This document shows, in pieces, positions 18,581 through 28,741 of a stretch of 64,000 bases of DNA. The position numbers were made by a program, and so were the translations under genes. This DNA is from an uncultured Actinomycetota bacterium. Lineage in GTDB: Bacteria > Actinomycetota > UBA4738 > HRBIN12. The notes beneath the pieces are model-generated. The model did not search any database and had not been told where the DNA came from. It was given only the letters and a program-made list of their open reading frames with translations. The DNA is taken from assembly GCA_963750945.1 (NCBI GenBank), contig CAVVSH010000015.1:462701-526700 (forward strand). The letters are read 5' to 3'. Every line of letters begins with the position of its first letter. Position 1 is the stretch's first letter.

Positions 18581-19507
18581 CTATCCGGCCGGCGGCTGTC
18601 CGTCGCTCTTCGCCTGGTCGGCGAGCGCGACGACCCCTGCCGCGAGGCCCGCGAGCTCCATCGGCACGACGATCTTGGATGACGCCGAGCCGCCGATCTG
18701 CTTGAGCGCGTCCAGATACTGCAGCGTCATCGTCTTCTGGTCGGCGGTTGACGCTTGCCGGTTGATGGTTTCGAGGGCCAGCGCGAAACCCTCGGCCCGC
18801 AAGATCGCCGCTTGCCGCTCGCCCTCGGCCGTGAGGATCGCCGACGCCTTGCTTCCCTCGGCATTCAAGATCGCCGAGGCCTTGTTGCCCTCCGCGACGG
18901 TGATCGCGGCGGACTTCGTGCCGTCGGCCTCGAGGACGATGGCCCGGCGGGAACGCTCGGCCGACATCTGGCGCGTCATCGCCTCCTGGACGGACGGTGG
19001 CGGGATGATCTCGCGGATCTCGACGTTCGTGACCTTCACGCCCCACCGCTCGGTCACCTCGTCGAGCTTCGCGCGCAAGATCTGGTTGATCTCGTCGCGT
19101 TTGGCGAGCACGTCATCGAGCGGGATGTCACCGATGACCGCCCGCAGGGTGGTGGAAGCCAGCGCCTGCGCGGCGCCCGCGAAGTTCCCGACCTGGACCA
19201 CGCTCATCGCGGGGTCGACGACCTTGTAGAACGTGATGAAGTCGACTGCGATCGGCGCGTTGTCCTTCGTGATCGAGTCCTGCCTCGGGATCTCCAGGAA
19301 GAACTCACGAAGATCGACCTTCACGCCCTTGTCCACGATCGGGATCAACAGGATGAGTCCCGGTCCCTTCACGCCCAGCAGGCGGCCCAGGCGGAACACC
19401 ACGAGACGCTGGTACTCGGGCACGATGCGGATGGCGTTGGCCAAGAACAGGATGACCAGCGCGATCGCGACGGCGACGCCGATGAACGCCGGGTCGGTGA
19501 AGTCCAT
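18581..19507 (-). CDS. SPFH/band-7 (stomatin-like) protein
   Basis: N-terminal TM followed by the SPFH core (IVPEYQRLVVFRLGR..VDFITFYKVVDP). Confidence 0.85.
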   Translation of the reverse strand: MDFTDPAFIGVAVAIALVILFLANAIRIVPEYQRLVVFRLGRLLGVKGPGLILLIPIVDKGVKVDLREFFLEIPRQDSITKDNAPIAVDFITFYKVVDPAMSVVQVGNFAGAAQALASTTLRAVIGDIPLDDVLAKRDEINQILRAKLDEVTERWGVKVTNVEIREIIPPPSVQEAMTRQMSAERSRRAIVLEADGTKSAAITVAEGNKASAILNAEGSKASAILTAEGERQAAILRAEGFALALETINRQASTADQKTMTLQYLDALKQIGGSASSKIVVPMELAGLAAGVVALADQAKSDGQPPAG

Positions 19508-20850
19508 CAGGTGTTCCCTCCTCGGGCCGGCAGTGCGCCGCCGGAGGGCGCGTGCTCAGGTTGCAGCGGCTCGACGGTGAGCACGAGCCCGTCGAGCCTG
19601 GTCACGCGGATCTTCGAGCCTTCGGGGATCGATCCAGCCGTCGATCTCGCCTTCCACTCCTCGGCGGCCACGCGCACGACGCCTTCGGGATCGAGACCCC
19701 CGCTCAGCACCACACCCTCCTTGCCGACGACTGCCTCCGGACCCTGGGCGGGTGGAAGATGTCGCATCGCGAGGGCCTTGGCGACGACGAATCCGAAGAA
19801 CAACGCCATGAAGACCGCGACGGGGATGATCGCGAGAAGCGAGACGCGGACGCCGCCGGAGGGATCGAAGAGGAAGAGCCCACCGAGGACGAGGGACGCG
19901 ATCCCGGCAGCCGACCAGATCCCGAGACCGGGCACCTTGAGCTCGACCACGAAGAACACCACGGAGGCCGCGAGCAGCGCGATCCCGATGAGTCGCACCG
20001 GAAGGAGCCCGAACGACGCGATCGCGGTCAGCAGCAGGATGGTGCCGATCGTGCCGCTGAAGACGTGACCCGGCACGATCAGCTCGAGGACGATCAGCGC
20101 GAGACCGAGCCAGAAGAAGATGAACGCGAGGTTGGGGTCGAACAGGTCGTGGAGGAAGCTCACGCCGGGAGTCATGTCGACGTCCTGGATCTCGGCTCCC
20201 GCCGTGTGCAGTGTCGCGGTGGTGCCGTCGACGGTCTCGACCACCGTGCCGTCGACCTCCTCGAGCAACGCTCGCTCCGAGTCGGCGACCAGATCGATGA
20301 TGTCGCCTTCCAGTGCCTCCTGGGCAGTGATGCTCTTCGATTCGGTCACGAAGAGGGATGCGAGCTCGGCGTTCCGGCCTCGCTGCTCGGCGAGGCCGCG
20401 GATGTAGGCGGCGGCGTCCTCCTCGATCTTGTCGGAAAGCGTGACCCCCCCGATCCCGACAGGGGTCGACGCGCCGACGTTGGTGGCGGGCGCCATCGCG
20501 GCCACGTGGCACGAGAGGAGGATGAACGCGCCCGCCGACGCGGCTCTCGCCCCCTCGGGCGACACGTAGCAGAGCACGGGGACTTCTGAGTCCTGGATCG
20601 CCTTGACGATCTCCCGCATCGAAGAATCCAGACCGCCGGGGGTATCGATCGTGAGGAGCACGGCCTCCGCGTCCTCGGCGCCCTCGATGCCGGTACGCAG
20701 GTAGTCGGCGACGAAGGGGTCGACCACGCCTTCGAGGGACAGGTGGGTCACCGACGTCGAGGCGGACTGGGCGCTGGCCATCGAGGCGAGCCCGGCGACC
20801 ACGAGCATGGCGCCGACCAGCGTTCGGGCGGACCTCGACCTCTCGATCAC
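19507..20850 (-). CDS. NfeD-family membrane-bound protease partner of stomatin
   Basis: ClpP-like N-domain, a central polytopic membrane region and a C-terminal OB-like domain. Its stop overlaps the stomatin start by 1 nt. Confidence 0.8.
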   Translation of the reverse strand: MIERSRSARTLVGAMLVVAGLASMASAQSASTSVTHLSLEGVVDPFVADYLRTGIEGAEDAEAVLLTIDTPGGLDSSMREIVKAIQDSEVPVLCYVSPEGARAASAGAFILLSCHVAAMAPATNVGASTPVGIGGVTLSDKIEEDAAAYIRGLAEQRGRNAELASLFVTESKSITAQEALEGDIIDLVADSERALLEEVDGTVVETVDGTTATLHTAGAEIQDVDMTPGVSFLHDLFDPNLAFIFFWLGLALIVLELIVPGHVFSGTIGTILLLTAIASFGLLPVRLIGIALLAASVVFFVVELKVPGLGIWSAAGIASLVLGGLFLFDPSGGVRVSLLAIIPVAVFMALFFGFVVAKALAMRHLPPAQGPEAVVGKEGVVLSGGLDPEGVVRVAAEEWKARSTAGSIPEGSKIRVTRLDGLVLTVEPLQPEHAPSGGALPARGGNT

Positions 20851-20906
20851 CTGGTCAGCGCTCCTGCGCGGATGTCGTTACCTGTTATGCGCCAGCCTAC
20901 TCCTCT

Positions 20907-20954
20907 CGGTTCTCTGGCCGGTTCTCTGGTCGGTTCTCTGGTCGGTTCTCGCGT
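20907..20954. repeat. 4 tandem copies of a 12-bp unit (cggttctctggt) in the divergent promoter region between nfeD and the ECF sigma gene
   Basis: Direct reading gives cggttctctggc cggttctctggt cggttctctggt cggttctcgcgt. Confidence 0.85.
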
Positions 20955-21056
20955 CCAGCTCGGACGTTTCCGAACCGGCGCAAGCGTGCGAATATCGGGG
21001 GGCAAGGCTCCGCAAAGCTTCGACCCCCGAAGCCGCCGTATACCGAGAGGAACCGA

Positions 21057-21629
21057 GTGGACGCTCGGCACGAAGGCCCGCTCCTCCCACGGGAGGAGCA
21101 ACAACTGATGGAGGGTCTCCTCACCGGTGACGACGACGCGATCCGCGCTCTCTACGCGAGGTTCGGCCGCCCCGTGTACTCCTTGGGCATGCGGTTGCTC
21201 GGCTCGCGAGAGGCGGCCGAAGAGCTCGCACAGGACGTCTTCCTCATGGCGTGGCGCAAGGCCGCCCGATTCGATCCGGCGCGGGGACGCCTGTCGACCT
21301 GGCTCATGACGATCGCGCACAACCTCGCCGTCGACCGACTCCGCCGGGAAACGGGCGCTCGCCGCCCGACCCTGGTCTTGATGGATGAGGTGCCGGATGC
21401 CCCCGGGGCGAGCGAGGAGGACGCGGTCGAGGAGCGTGACGCGGCGACCCGGGCGCTCGCATCTCTGACCGATGCCGAGCGAACCTTGCTCACTCGGGCG
21501 TACTTCCGCGGCCTGACGGCGCGGGAGATCTCCGAGTCCGACGGGATCCCCCTCGGGACCGTGAAGACCCGGCTTCGCACGGCGATGATCAAGGTCAGGC
21601 GCGCGAACGAAGGCAAGGAGATCCCGTGA
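21057..21629 (+). CDS. ECF RNA polymerase sigma factor
   Basis: Region 2 (AIRALYARFGRPVYSLGMRLLGSREAAEELAQDVFLMAW) and region 4 (LTAREISESDGIPLGTVKTRLRTA). GTG start with a GAGAGG RBS. Start could also be the ATG at 21108. Confidence 0.85.
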   Translation: MDARHEGPLLPREEQQLMEGLLTGDDDAIRALYARFGRPVYSLGMRLLGSREAAEELAQDVFLMAWRKAARFDPARGRLSTWLMTIAHNLAVDRLRRETGARRPTLVLMDEVPDAPGASEEDAVEERDAATRALASLTDAERTLLTRAYFRGLTAREISESDGIPLGTVKTRLRTAMIKVRRANEGKEIP

Positions 21630-22408
21630 ACTGCCTCACGGTGCGCGATCGTCTCGCCGAGCACGCGCTCGGCGTGCTGCGGGACGGGGAGGCAACATCG
21701 GTCGATCGCCATCTCGAGTGGTGCGCGGCGTGCCGGAAGGAAGCGGGCGAGCTCCAGCGGGCGGCGGCGACGCTCGCCTTCTCCGTGGCGCCGGCGGAGC
21801 CCCCGGCGGCGCTGGAGGATCGGGTGGTCGGAGCGGTGCGAGACGCGGCGGGACGGCGGCGGGCCGCGGCGCCGCGGCGGAGCCGCGTCGCCGCGGCAGG
21901 CGTGCTCGCCGCGATGCTGGCCCTCTCCGGTCTCGGTTGGGGCGCGGTGATGGCGGGGCGTGCCGAGCGAGCCGAGGCGCGGGCGGCGGCAGCCCTCATC
22001 GAGCAACGAGATGCCGTCGCGAAGATCCAGGATGTGTTCCAGCTCCCGGAGGTGGATCCCGAGGCGATCGCGGAGATCTCGACGCTGCTCTCACCTCGAC
22101 TCCGTGAAGGCCGTGGCGACGCGCTGGTGCTGCTCTCCCCGTCGGGCGACGACCTCGCGTTCGTCTTGGTGAGCGGTCTCAGCGAGGTGCGAGCCAACCA
22201 GCTCCCGCTCGAGGTCCGGCTCGTCGGGAGCGGTGCGCGGAGAGAGCTCGTCGTCGGCCAGATCAGGACGCTCAACTCCGGCGGTGAGGGCGGCGTGTAT
22301 CGCTCCTTCACCGAGGGTTTGAGGAGCTTCGGTGCCGTCGTGATCAGGGACGCTCGTGGCACGGTGCTGTTGAACGGCACCCTGAGCGTCTACGAGCCGA
22401 CGTCCTGA
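21626..22408 (+). CDS. membrane-anchored zinc-binding (ZAS) anti-sigma factor
   Basis: DRHLEWCAACRKE fits the HxxxCxxC ZAS motif. One TM segment. GTGA overlap with the sigma gene. Confidence 0.7.
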   Translation: MNCLTVRDRLAEHALGVLRDGEATSVDRHLEWCAACRKEAGELQRAAATLAFSVAPAEPPAALEDRVVGAVRDAAGRRRAAAPRRSRVAAAGVLAAMLALSGLGWGAVMAGRAERAEARAAAALIEQRDAVAKIQDVFQLPEVDPEAIAEISTLLSPRLREGRGDALVLLSPSGDDLAFVLVSGLSEVRANQLPLEVRLVGSGARRELVVGQIRTLNSGGEGGVYRSFTEGLRSFGAVVIRDARGTVLLNGTLSVYEPTS

Positions 22409-22421
22409 CTATCCTCGCCGG

Positions 22422-23420
22422 ATGCGCTTCGGGCTGAGCCTTCCGCACTACGGCTTCTCGCTCCCGACCGGCCAGATCACGTTCGACGACGCGGCCGAGT
22501 GGGCTCGCCGGGCGGAGGCCCTGGGGTTCGACTCGGTCTGGGTCTCCGATCACTTCTTCTACTCCTTGGCCCGGTACGGGGACGATCCGTCTTCGATCGC
22601 GTCGCTCGAGCCGCTCACCACACTTGCCGGCATCGCCGCGGTCACCGAACGCGTTCGGCTCGGAACCCTCGTCCTGTGCGCGGCGTTCCGTCATCCCGCG
22701 CTGCTCGCGAAGGCGACGGCGTCGATCGATCTCCTCTCGAGCGGGCGCGTCGATCTCGGACTCGGCGCCGGATGGATGGCGGAGGAGTTCGAGGCGTTCG
22801 GGTATCGATACGGGTCGGTGGGGGAGCGCTTCGCGATCCTCGAAGAGACACTCGACGTGTTGAAGCAGCTGTTCAGCGGGGAGCCGGTCACGTACGACGG
22901 ACCGAACGTCACGCTCCGCGAGGCCGTGCTCCGTCCGGCGCCCGATCGCCCCCCGCCACTGTGGGTGGGCGGGAAGGGCGGCCCGCGGCTCCTCCGAGTG
23001 GCCGCGCGCCTGGCGGACGGGTGGAACGTGGTGTGGCGGATGTCGCCGGACGCGTACGCGGGGAAGGTCACCGACGTGCGGTCGGCGTGTGACGCAGCGG
23101 GCCGCGACCCGGCCACGTTCGGCCTCTCCGTCGGCCTGTACTCGCTGATCGGCGAGGACGAGGCGTCGGCGCGGGCCGCGTTCGAACGCGGCCGCGCCGC
23201 CGCCCCCGGGAACGCGATGGCCGAGGACGACTACGAGACGTGGCGGGCCGACACGCTCTCGGGTACACCCGAGCAGATCCTCGAACGCGTCGGCGCGTTC
23301 GAGTCGATGGGCGTCGGCGAGATCATCGTGGCGCCGTGGGTGTTGCCGTTCGCGATCCACGAACCAGACCAGGTCGAGTTGTTCGCCGAGCGCGTGATCG
23401 CCGCATCGCGAGCGAGCTGA
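22422..23420 (+). CDS. LLM-class (luciferase-like) flavin/F420-dependent oxidoreductase
   Basis: TIM-barrel LLM signature (GFDSVWVSDHF ... DLLSSGRVDLGLGAGW). Confidence 0.7.
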   Translation: MRFGLSLPHYGFSLPTGQITFDDAAEWARRAEALGFDSVWVSDHFFYSLARYGDDPSSIASLEPLTTLAGIAAVTERVRLGTLVLCAAFRHPALLAKATASIDLLSSGRVDLGLGAGWMAEEFEAFGYRYGSVGERFAILEETLDVLKQLFSGEPVTYDGPNVTLREAVLRPAPDRPPPLWVGGKGGPRLLRVAARLADGWNVVWRMSPDAYAGKVTDVRSACDAAGRDPATFGLSVGLYSLIGEDEASARAAFERGRAAAPGNAMAEDDYETWRADTLSGTPEQILERVGAFESMGVGEIIVAPWVLPFAIHEPDQVELFAERVIAASRAS

Positions 23421-23644
23421 TGGAGCCTCGTGCGGCCGTCTTGGCCGTCTTGAAGGAGGAAGCAGTTCCATTGCATTGGACGAAGATCCAGGACCTGGCA
23501 CTCCGCCGCGGCTATCTCGATCCGTTCGAGCATCCGGACGTGCGGAGGCAGGTGCAGACCACGCTGAGGGATCTGGCCCGTGAGGGTCTCGTCGGGAAGC
23601 GGGCGAAAGGCGTGTACTACGCGGCCGAGCGCGACGACGCTTGA
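23420..23644 (+). CDS. small winged-helix domain protein (Mrr_N/HARE-HTH-like), 74 aa
   Basis: MEPRAAVLAVLKEEAVPLHWTKIQDLALRRGYL..LVGKRAKGVYYAAE. 1-nt overlap with the upstream stop. Confidence 0.4.
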   Translation: MEPRAAVLAVLKEEAVPLHWTKIQDLALRRGYLDPFEHPDVRRQVQTTLRDLAREGLVGKRAKGVYYAAERDDA

Positions 23645-23928
23645 GCCTTCCTCCGACCGGCAGCCTTCTTGCGGCCCGCCGTCTTCTTCCGACCACCGGT
23701 CGTCTTCCGGGGACGGCCGCGTCGCTTGGGCGCCGCGGATGCGGCTTGTCCGGATCCGGCCATCTTGCGTGGACGTCCCGGGCGCGGTCGCCGGGCGCCG
23801 GCGACCAGCTCCGTCACGTGGGTCGCGCAGAGATCCTTCGCGAAGTTCCCACGCGCGACCTTGATCGTCACCGTTTCGGTGGCAGGTTTGCCACAGACAT
23901 CGCACACGACGATCGTTCTCTCGGCCAT
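23617..23928 (-). CDS. zinc-ribbon protein with AT-hook-like basic tail (possible nucleoid-associated protein), 103 aa
   Basis: CDVCGKPA..DLCATH followed by repeated GRPRK/RGRPRK motifs. Internal ATG with a GGAGAGG RBS. The longer upstream extension is rejected. Confidence 0.45.
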   Translation of the reverse strand: MAERTIVVCDVCGKPATETVTIKVARGNFAKDLCATHVTELVAGARRPRPGRPRKMAGSGQAASAAPKRRGRPRKTTGGRKKTAGRKKAAGRRKAQASSRSAA

Positions 23929-23999
23929 GATCGGGTCCTCTCCGTCGGGGTTGCGGCGAGCATAGCGGAAGAACCCGTCGGGTTCCGATGCTCGTCCTG

Positions 24000-24995
24000 T
24001 CAACGCCGGTAGGTGGTGCCGGATATCTCCTCGAGTTTCTCGAAACGGTGCTGGGCTTCGACCCAACGCATCGTGCCGGAACGCGATCGCATCACGAGCG
24101 AATACGTCGTCGCGCCGTCCGGCCAGTAACGCACGCCCTGGAGCAGCGAGCCCTCGGTGATGCCGGTCGCGGCGAAGAACACGTCCTTGCCGGACACCAG
24201 GTCGTCCGTCGTCAACACTCGTTCCGGATCGAGCCCCGCACTCTTCAGCTGTGCTCGTTCCTCCTCGGTTCGCGGCGCGAGACGTCCCTGGATCGCGCCC
24301 CCCATGCACTTCAGCGCCGCGGCGGCGATGACCCCTTCGGGGGTGCCGCCGATCCCCAGCAACAGGTCCACGCCGGCGCGAGGTGCCGCCGCGGAGATCG
24401 CTCCTTCGACGTCGCCGTCGGTGATCAGGAATACCCGCGCACCGACATCGCGGACCGCATCGATGATCGCCTGATGCCGGGGTCGATCGAGGATCATCAC
24501 CGAGACCTCCTCGGGCTTCTTCCCCTTCGCCTTCGCCACCTGCCGGACGTTCTCCTCCGGCGGCGCGGTCACGTCGATCACGTCGGCGGCCTCCGCTCCG
24601 GTCGCGATCTTCTCCATGTAGACGGCGACGTCGGGGAAGAGCATCGTGCCGCGCTCCGCGAGCGCGATCACCGAGACGGCGTTGGGCTGTCCCGTCGCTG
24701 TCAGGCGCGTCCCGTCGATCGGGTCGACCGCGACGTCGACCGCCGGACCGGATCCGTTCCCGACGGATTCGCCGTTGTAGAGCATCGGCGCCTCGTCTTT
24801 CTCGCCCTCGCCGATGACGACCACGCCGTCCATCGAGACCGAGTCGATCATGTGACGCATCGCGTCGACCGCCGCCTGATCGGCGGCGATCTTGTCGCCG
24901 CGACCGATCCAGCGCCCGGCGGCGAGCGCGGCGGCTTCGGTCACGCGCGCGAGCTCCATCGCGAGGTTGCGGTCGGGTCGGATCCGGTTCGTCAT
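24000..24995 (-). CDS. glpX: class II fructose-1,6-bisphosphatase
   Basis: [52 protein letters not shown] aligns closely with E. coli GlpX. ATGA overlap with gpsA. Confidence 0.9.
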   Translation of the reverse strand: MTNRIRPDRNLAMELARVTEAAALAAGRWIGRGDKIAADQAAVDAMRHMIDSVSMDGVVVIGEGEKDEAPMLYNGESVGNGSGPAVDVAVDPIDGTRLTATGQPNAVSVIALAERGTMLFPDVAVYMEKIATGAEAADVIDVTAPPEENVRQVAKAKGKKPEEVSVMILDRPRHQAIIDAVRDVGARVFLITDGDVEGAISAAAPRAGVDLLLGIGGTPEGVIAAAALKCMGGAIQGRLAPRTEEERAQLKSAGLDPERVLTTDDLVSGKDVFFAATGITEGSLLQGVRYWPDGATTYSLVMRSRSGTMRWVEAQHRFEKLEEISGTTYRR

Positions 24996-25984
24996 CGGAG
25001 CACCTCCAGCACCTCGTGGGGGCGGGCGCCGTCGAACAGCACCCGGTGGATCGCGTCGTGATACGGAAGCTGGACGCCGCGCTCGGATGCGAGGCGCCGA
25101 ACGTGCCGGGTCGATTCCACGCCTTCCACCGTGAGCCCGCCGGCCTCCAGCTCGCGGAGGGTGTCGTCCGGCGGATCGCCGGTCCCGATCAGCTCCCCGT
25201 AGAGGCGGTTCCGGCCGCCGAGGCTGGTGACCAGCTGATCGCCGATCCCCGCGAGACCCATCGCTGTCTCGGATCTGCCGCCGAGCTCGGTCACGAGCGC
25301 GACGATCTCGTGCGCCGCTCGCGTGAACAGCGCGGCCTTCGCGTTCTGATAACCGATCCCCGTGCTCTTGCCGAGACCGTCGAGCAGTCCGAGACCGATC
25401 GCGGCCACGTTCTTCATCATCGAGCAGAGCTCGACGCCGATCACGTCGTCGGAGAAGGAGAGCTGATAGCGACGGTCGTCGAACGGCTTGCCCGCGTCCT
25501 CGGCGGCCGACACGACGCTCGCGGCCCAGACGGCCGCCGTGGGGAGGCCCTCCGCGAGCTCGCGGGCCAGGCACGGGCCGCCGACCACGACGACGCCGAC
25601 GCCGGAGAGCTCCTCGCCGTAGACCTCGCTCATGCGTTTCCCCGTCGTCGGTTCGAGTCCCTTGGCGACGGAGACGGCGACACGAGCACCCGCGACGTGC
25701 TCGCGCACCATGGACGCGAGCGAGCGGGCCCCCGCCGAGTTCGCGGCCAGCACGGCGATTTCCACGTCGCGGGCCGCCGCCTCGAGCTCGTTGGGTCCTC
25801 GCAGCTCGACGCCGTCCGGGAGGTGCTCCGGGAGCAGCGGATGCTTCCGCTCCTCCCGCATCGCCGCGTACGCGGCCAGGTCGTGCTCATTCGCCCACAG
25901 CGACGTGGGGAGTCCTGCCCGCGCCGAATGCATCGCGAACGCCGTTCCCATCGCGCCGGCCCCGAAGACCGTCACCCTCGCCAC
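24992..25984 (-). CDS. gpsA: NAD(P)H-dependent glycerol-3-phosphate dehydrogenase
   Basis: [10 protein letters not shown] Rossmann motif and GpsA C-terminal domain. Confidence 0.9.
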   Translation of the reverse strand: MARVTVFGAGAMGTAFAMHSARAGLPTSLWANEHDLAAYAAMREERKHPLLPEHLPDGVELRGPNELEAAARDVEIAVLAANSAGARSLASMVREHVAGARVAVSVAKGLEPTTGKRMSEVYGEELSGVGVVVVGGPCLARELAEGLPTAAVWAASVVSAAEDAGKPFDDRRYQLSFSDDVIGVELCSMMKNVAAIGLGLLDGLGKSTGIGYQNAKAALFTRAAHEIVALVTELGGRSETAMGLAGIGDQLVTSLGGRNRLYGELIGTGDPPDDTLRELEAGGLTVEGVESTRHVRRLASERGVQLPYHDAIHRVLFDGARPHEVLEVLR

Positions 25985-26019
25985 CCGTGCACGATAGCCG
26001 CGGGCCGGCCGAGGCCGCC

Positions 26020-27066
26020 ATGTCGGATACGCTTCGGCGGATCATGGACGAGCAGCGGTACCTCCAGGTCGACGACTACGAGCCCGTCGCGAAGTCGAAG
26101 CTCCCCGCCGACGTGTACGACTACTACGCCGGTGGCGCGGGGGACGAGTGGACGCTCCAGGAGAACCTGAGGGCGTTCGACCGGTGGGTGCTCCGCCCGC
26201 GATTCTTACGGGGGTCGAGCTTCCCCGATCCTTCGACCGAGCTCCTCGACACCCGAGTCGAGTTCCCCGTCCTGGTCGCGCCCTGGGCCTACCAGGGGAG
26301 GGCGCATCCCGACGGTGAGCGGGGCACCGTGGTCGGCGCGGCCCGGGCCGGCACCATCCCGGTGGTGTCGTCGACCGCGGTCGACGCCCTCGAGGAGATC
26401 GCGGAGGCGACCGAGGGGCCGAAGTGGTGGCAGGTATACCTCTTCGCCGAGCAGGGGCGGTCGGCGAAGATGCTCCGGCGCGTCGCGGCGGCCGGATACG
26501 AGGCGATCTGCTGGACCGTCGACTTCCCCGTGGCGGGTCTTCGGCATCGCGACACGAGGAGCGGGTTCGTGATGCCGTTCGGGATCGGCAACGCCGACTA
26601 TGAGTTCGAGCCCAACATGACGTGGGATCACCTCGCGTTCATCCGAGAGCACGCCCCGGATCTCCCGGTCCTGGTCAAGGGGATCCTCACCGCCGAAGAC
26701 GCGTTGCTCGCGGTCGAGCACGGCGCCGATGCGATCGTGGTGTCGAACCACGGTGGACGGCAACTCGATGCGTGCCCGGCATCTCTGGACGCGTTGCCCG
26801 AAGTGGTCGCGGCGGTCGGCGGACGCCTGCCCGTCCTGATGGACGGGGGCGTCCGCAGGGGGACCGACGTCTTGAAGGCGATGGCGCTCGGGGCGGCGGC
26901 GGTCATGGTGGGACGGCCTGCCGCGTGGGCTCTGGCAGCGGAGGGCGAGGACGGGGTGGCGGGGGTGCTCGGCATCTTCCGGGCCGAGGTCGAGAACGCG
27001 ATGGCGCTCACCGGCTGCCGCTCGGTCGCGGAGATCGGGCGAGAGCTCGTCGGACCGGCGCCGTAG
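26020..27066 (+). CDS. FMN-dependent alpha-hydroxy acid dehydrogenase/oxidase (LldD/glycolate oxidase family)
   Basis: VVSNHGGRQLD, plus the KGIL..EDA and G..VGRP motifs of the FMN-dependent dehydrogenase TIM barrel. Confidence 0.8.
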   Translation: MSDTLRRIMDEQRYLQVDDYEPVAKSKLPADVYDYYAGGAGDEWTLQENLRAFDRWVLRPRFLRGSSFPDPSTELLDTRVEFPVLVAPWAYQGRAHPDGERGTVVGAARAGTIPVVSSTAVDALEEIAEATEGPKWWQVYLFAEQGRSAKMLRRVAAAGYEAICWTVDFPVAGLRHRDTRSGFVMPFGIGNADYEFEPNMTWDHLAFIREHAPDLPVLVKGILTAEDALLAVEHGADAIVVSNHGGRQLDACPASLDALPEVVAAVGGRLPVLMDGGVRRGTDVLKAMALGAAAVMVGRPAAWALAAEGEDGVAGVLGIFRAEVENAMALTGCRSVAEIGRELVGPAP

Positions 27067-27113
27067 ACAGCCCCCCAAGACTCGGAAGGACGCAACGAGG
27101 GGTGTCCGGCAGG

Positions 27114-27803
27114 TCAGCGTTCCCAGACGGCCGGATCGTGGGCGAAGTGCACGCGGACCGGGGCCAAGGAGCGCAAGCGGTCGACGGAGCCCGGGTAGCG
27201 GGGATCGCGCGCGGATGAGGCGCCGGACACAGAGCGTTCGGATGAACCCTCCCATTCCGCTCGCGATTGCACCGCCTGACCCGCGAGGACGACCGTCCCA
27301 TCTGGCGCATCGAGCACGAGCGACTGATGACCGGCCGTGTGCCCAGGCGTCGGGGTGAGCCTCAGCCCGGGCGCCACCTCGAATTCCCCGTCCAGGACCT
27401 CGTAGGAGATGCCCGGCACGTCGATCCACTCCGCGACGGTGTAGTCGGGCTCGTGCACCGAACCCCACTCGGATCTCTGCACGAAGATCGGCACCCCCGG
27501 CGGGATCCGGCCGTTCTGGCCGCTGTGGTCGAAGTGCAGGTGGCAGTTCGCCACGCCGGTAACGTCTGCGAGGGAGATCCCGTGTTCGGCGAGCCCGTCC
27601 TCGATGGTGGTGACCCGCGGCGTGAACGTCGACTCGATCTCTGCGTTGCCGAATCCGACCCCGTTGTCGAAGAGGAAGACCCCGTCCCTGTGCACGACGG
27701 CGTGTGCGTAAGACGGCCACCACTCGCGTTGCAAGAGCTGCTGCTCGTCCGGGGGCAGCCTCAGCTCGGACACCAAGAACGGCACCACACGAACGTCGCT
27801 CAC
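27114..27803 (-). CDS. MBL-fold metallo-hydrolase (lactonase-like)
   Basis: HLHFDHSG (HxHxDH) motif. Confidence 0.75.
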   Translation of the reverse strand: MSDVRVVPFLVSELRLPPDEQQLLQREWWPSYAHAVVHRDGVFLFDNGVGFGNAEIESTFTPRVTTIEDGLAEHGISLADVTGVANCHLHFDHSGQNGRIPPGVPIFVQRSEWGSVHEPDYTVAEWIDVPGISYEVLDGEFEVAPGLRLTPTPGHTAGHQSLVLDAPDGTVVLAGQAVQSRAEWEGSSERSVSGASSARDPRYPGSVDRLRSLAPVRVHFAHDPAVWER

Positions 27804-27876
27804 GTTCGCAATCTAGTCCAAAGGGATCGGCGACCGGCGTGGACGGGCTCACCGACGGTCTGACACGCTTCCCGCG

Positions 27877-28719
27877 ATGCCCGGCTACGACCTCCACACG
27901 CACTCGGACCGTTCCGACGGGACGCTCCCACCCGCCGAGGTGATGGTGCTCGCCGCGCAGCGCGATCTCGCGGGGGTCGCCCTCACCGATCACGACACGT
28001 TCGACGGGCTCGAGGAAGCGGCGACCGCGGCGAGCGAGCTCGGACTCGACTTCGTCCCCGGGGTCGAGTTCTCGGCCGAGTACGACGGTGCGAGCCTGCA
28101 TATCCTCGGCTACTGGGTCGACCCGGACGATGCGGCGATCGAGGCGGAGCTGCTGCGCCTCACCGCGACGCGCTTCCGGCGAGGGGAGATGATCGTCGAG
28201 AAGCTGCACGAGCTCGATTTCGACATCTCGATCGAACGCGTGCGGGAGCTCGCCGGGGGGGACGCGATCGCGAGGCCGCACATCGCCGAGGCGATGGTCG
28301 AAGCCGGGATCGTCGCCGACGAGAAGGAGGCGTTCGATCGCTACATCTCCGACGACGGCCTGGCCTACGTCCCCAAGCATGCGCTTCCGCCGATCGAAGC
28401 CCTCCGGCTGATCGGTGGGGCGGGAGGGGTTTGCGTGCTCGCCCATCCCGGCATGTGGCGCGGGAGCGAGACCGTCCCCGACGCGCTGATCGAGGAGATG
28501 GCGGGGAGGGGGATGGTGGGCCTCGAGGTCCAGCATCCCGACCACGACGACGAGATGCGAGCGAAGTACGCGGCGATCGCGGAACGCCTCGGCCTGGTCG
28601 CGACGGCCGCGTCCGATTGCCACGGCGAGCGCTACGGCTTCCGGATGGGTCAGGAACGCACGGATGCCGAGACGTTCGCGGAGCTGAAGCGGCGCGCCGG
28701 AAGGACATCTCAGATCTGA
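27877..28719 (+). CDS. PHP-domain phosphoesterase (TrpH/YciV-like)
   Basis: N-terminal DLHTHSDRSDG. Confidence 0.8.
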   Translation: MPGYDLHTHSDRSDGTLPPAEVMVLAAQRDLAGVALTDHDTFDGLEEAATAASELGLDFVPGVEFSAEYDGASLHILGYWVDPDDAAIEAELLRLTATRFRRGEMIVEKLHELDFDISIERVRELAGGDAIARPHIAEAMVEAGIVADEKEAFDRYISDDGLAYVPKHALPPIEALRLIGGAGGVCVLAHPGMWRGSETVPDALIEEMAGRGMVGLEVQHPDHDDEMRAKYAAIAERLGLVATAASDCHGERYGFRMGQERTDAETFAELKRRAGRTSQI

Positions 28720-28741
28720 GAGCGAACGTGAGCCCGACGCG

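Noticed and set aside
20878-21124. Short minus-strand ORFs encoding RTDQRTDQ and ENRPENRPENRP repeats
   Set aside because: They are read-throughs of the 12-bp tandem DNA repeat in the intergenic promoter region, not genes.
24000-25574. 524-aa version of glpX extending upstream
   Set aside because: The upstream 190 codons overlap gpsA in another frame and are Arg-rich. The GlpX alignment begins at the internal ATG (24995), which is ATGA-coupled to the gpsA stop.
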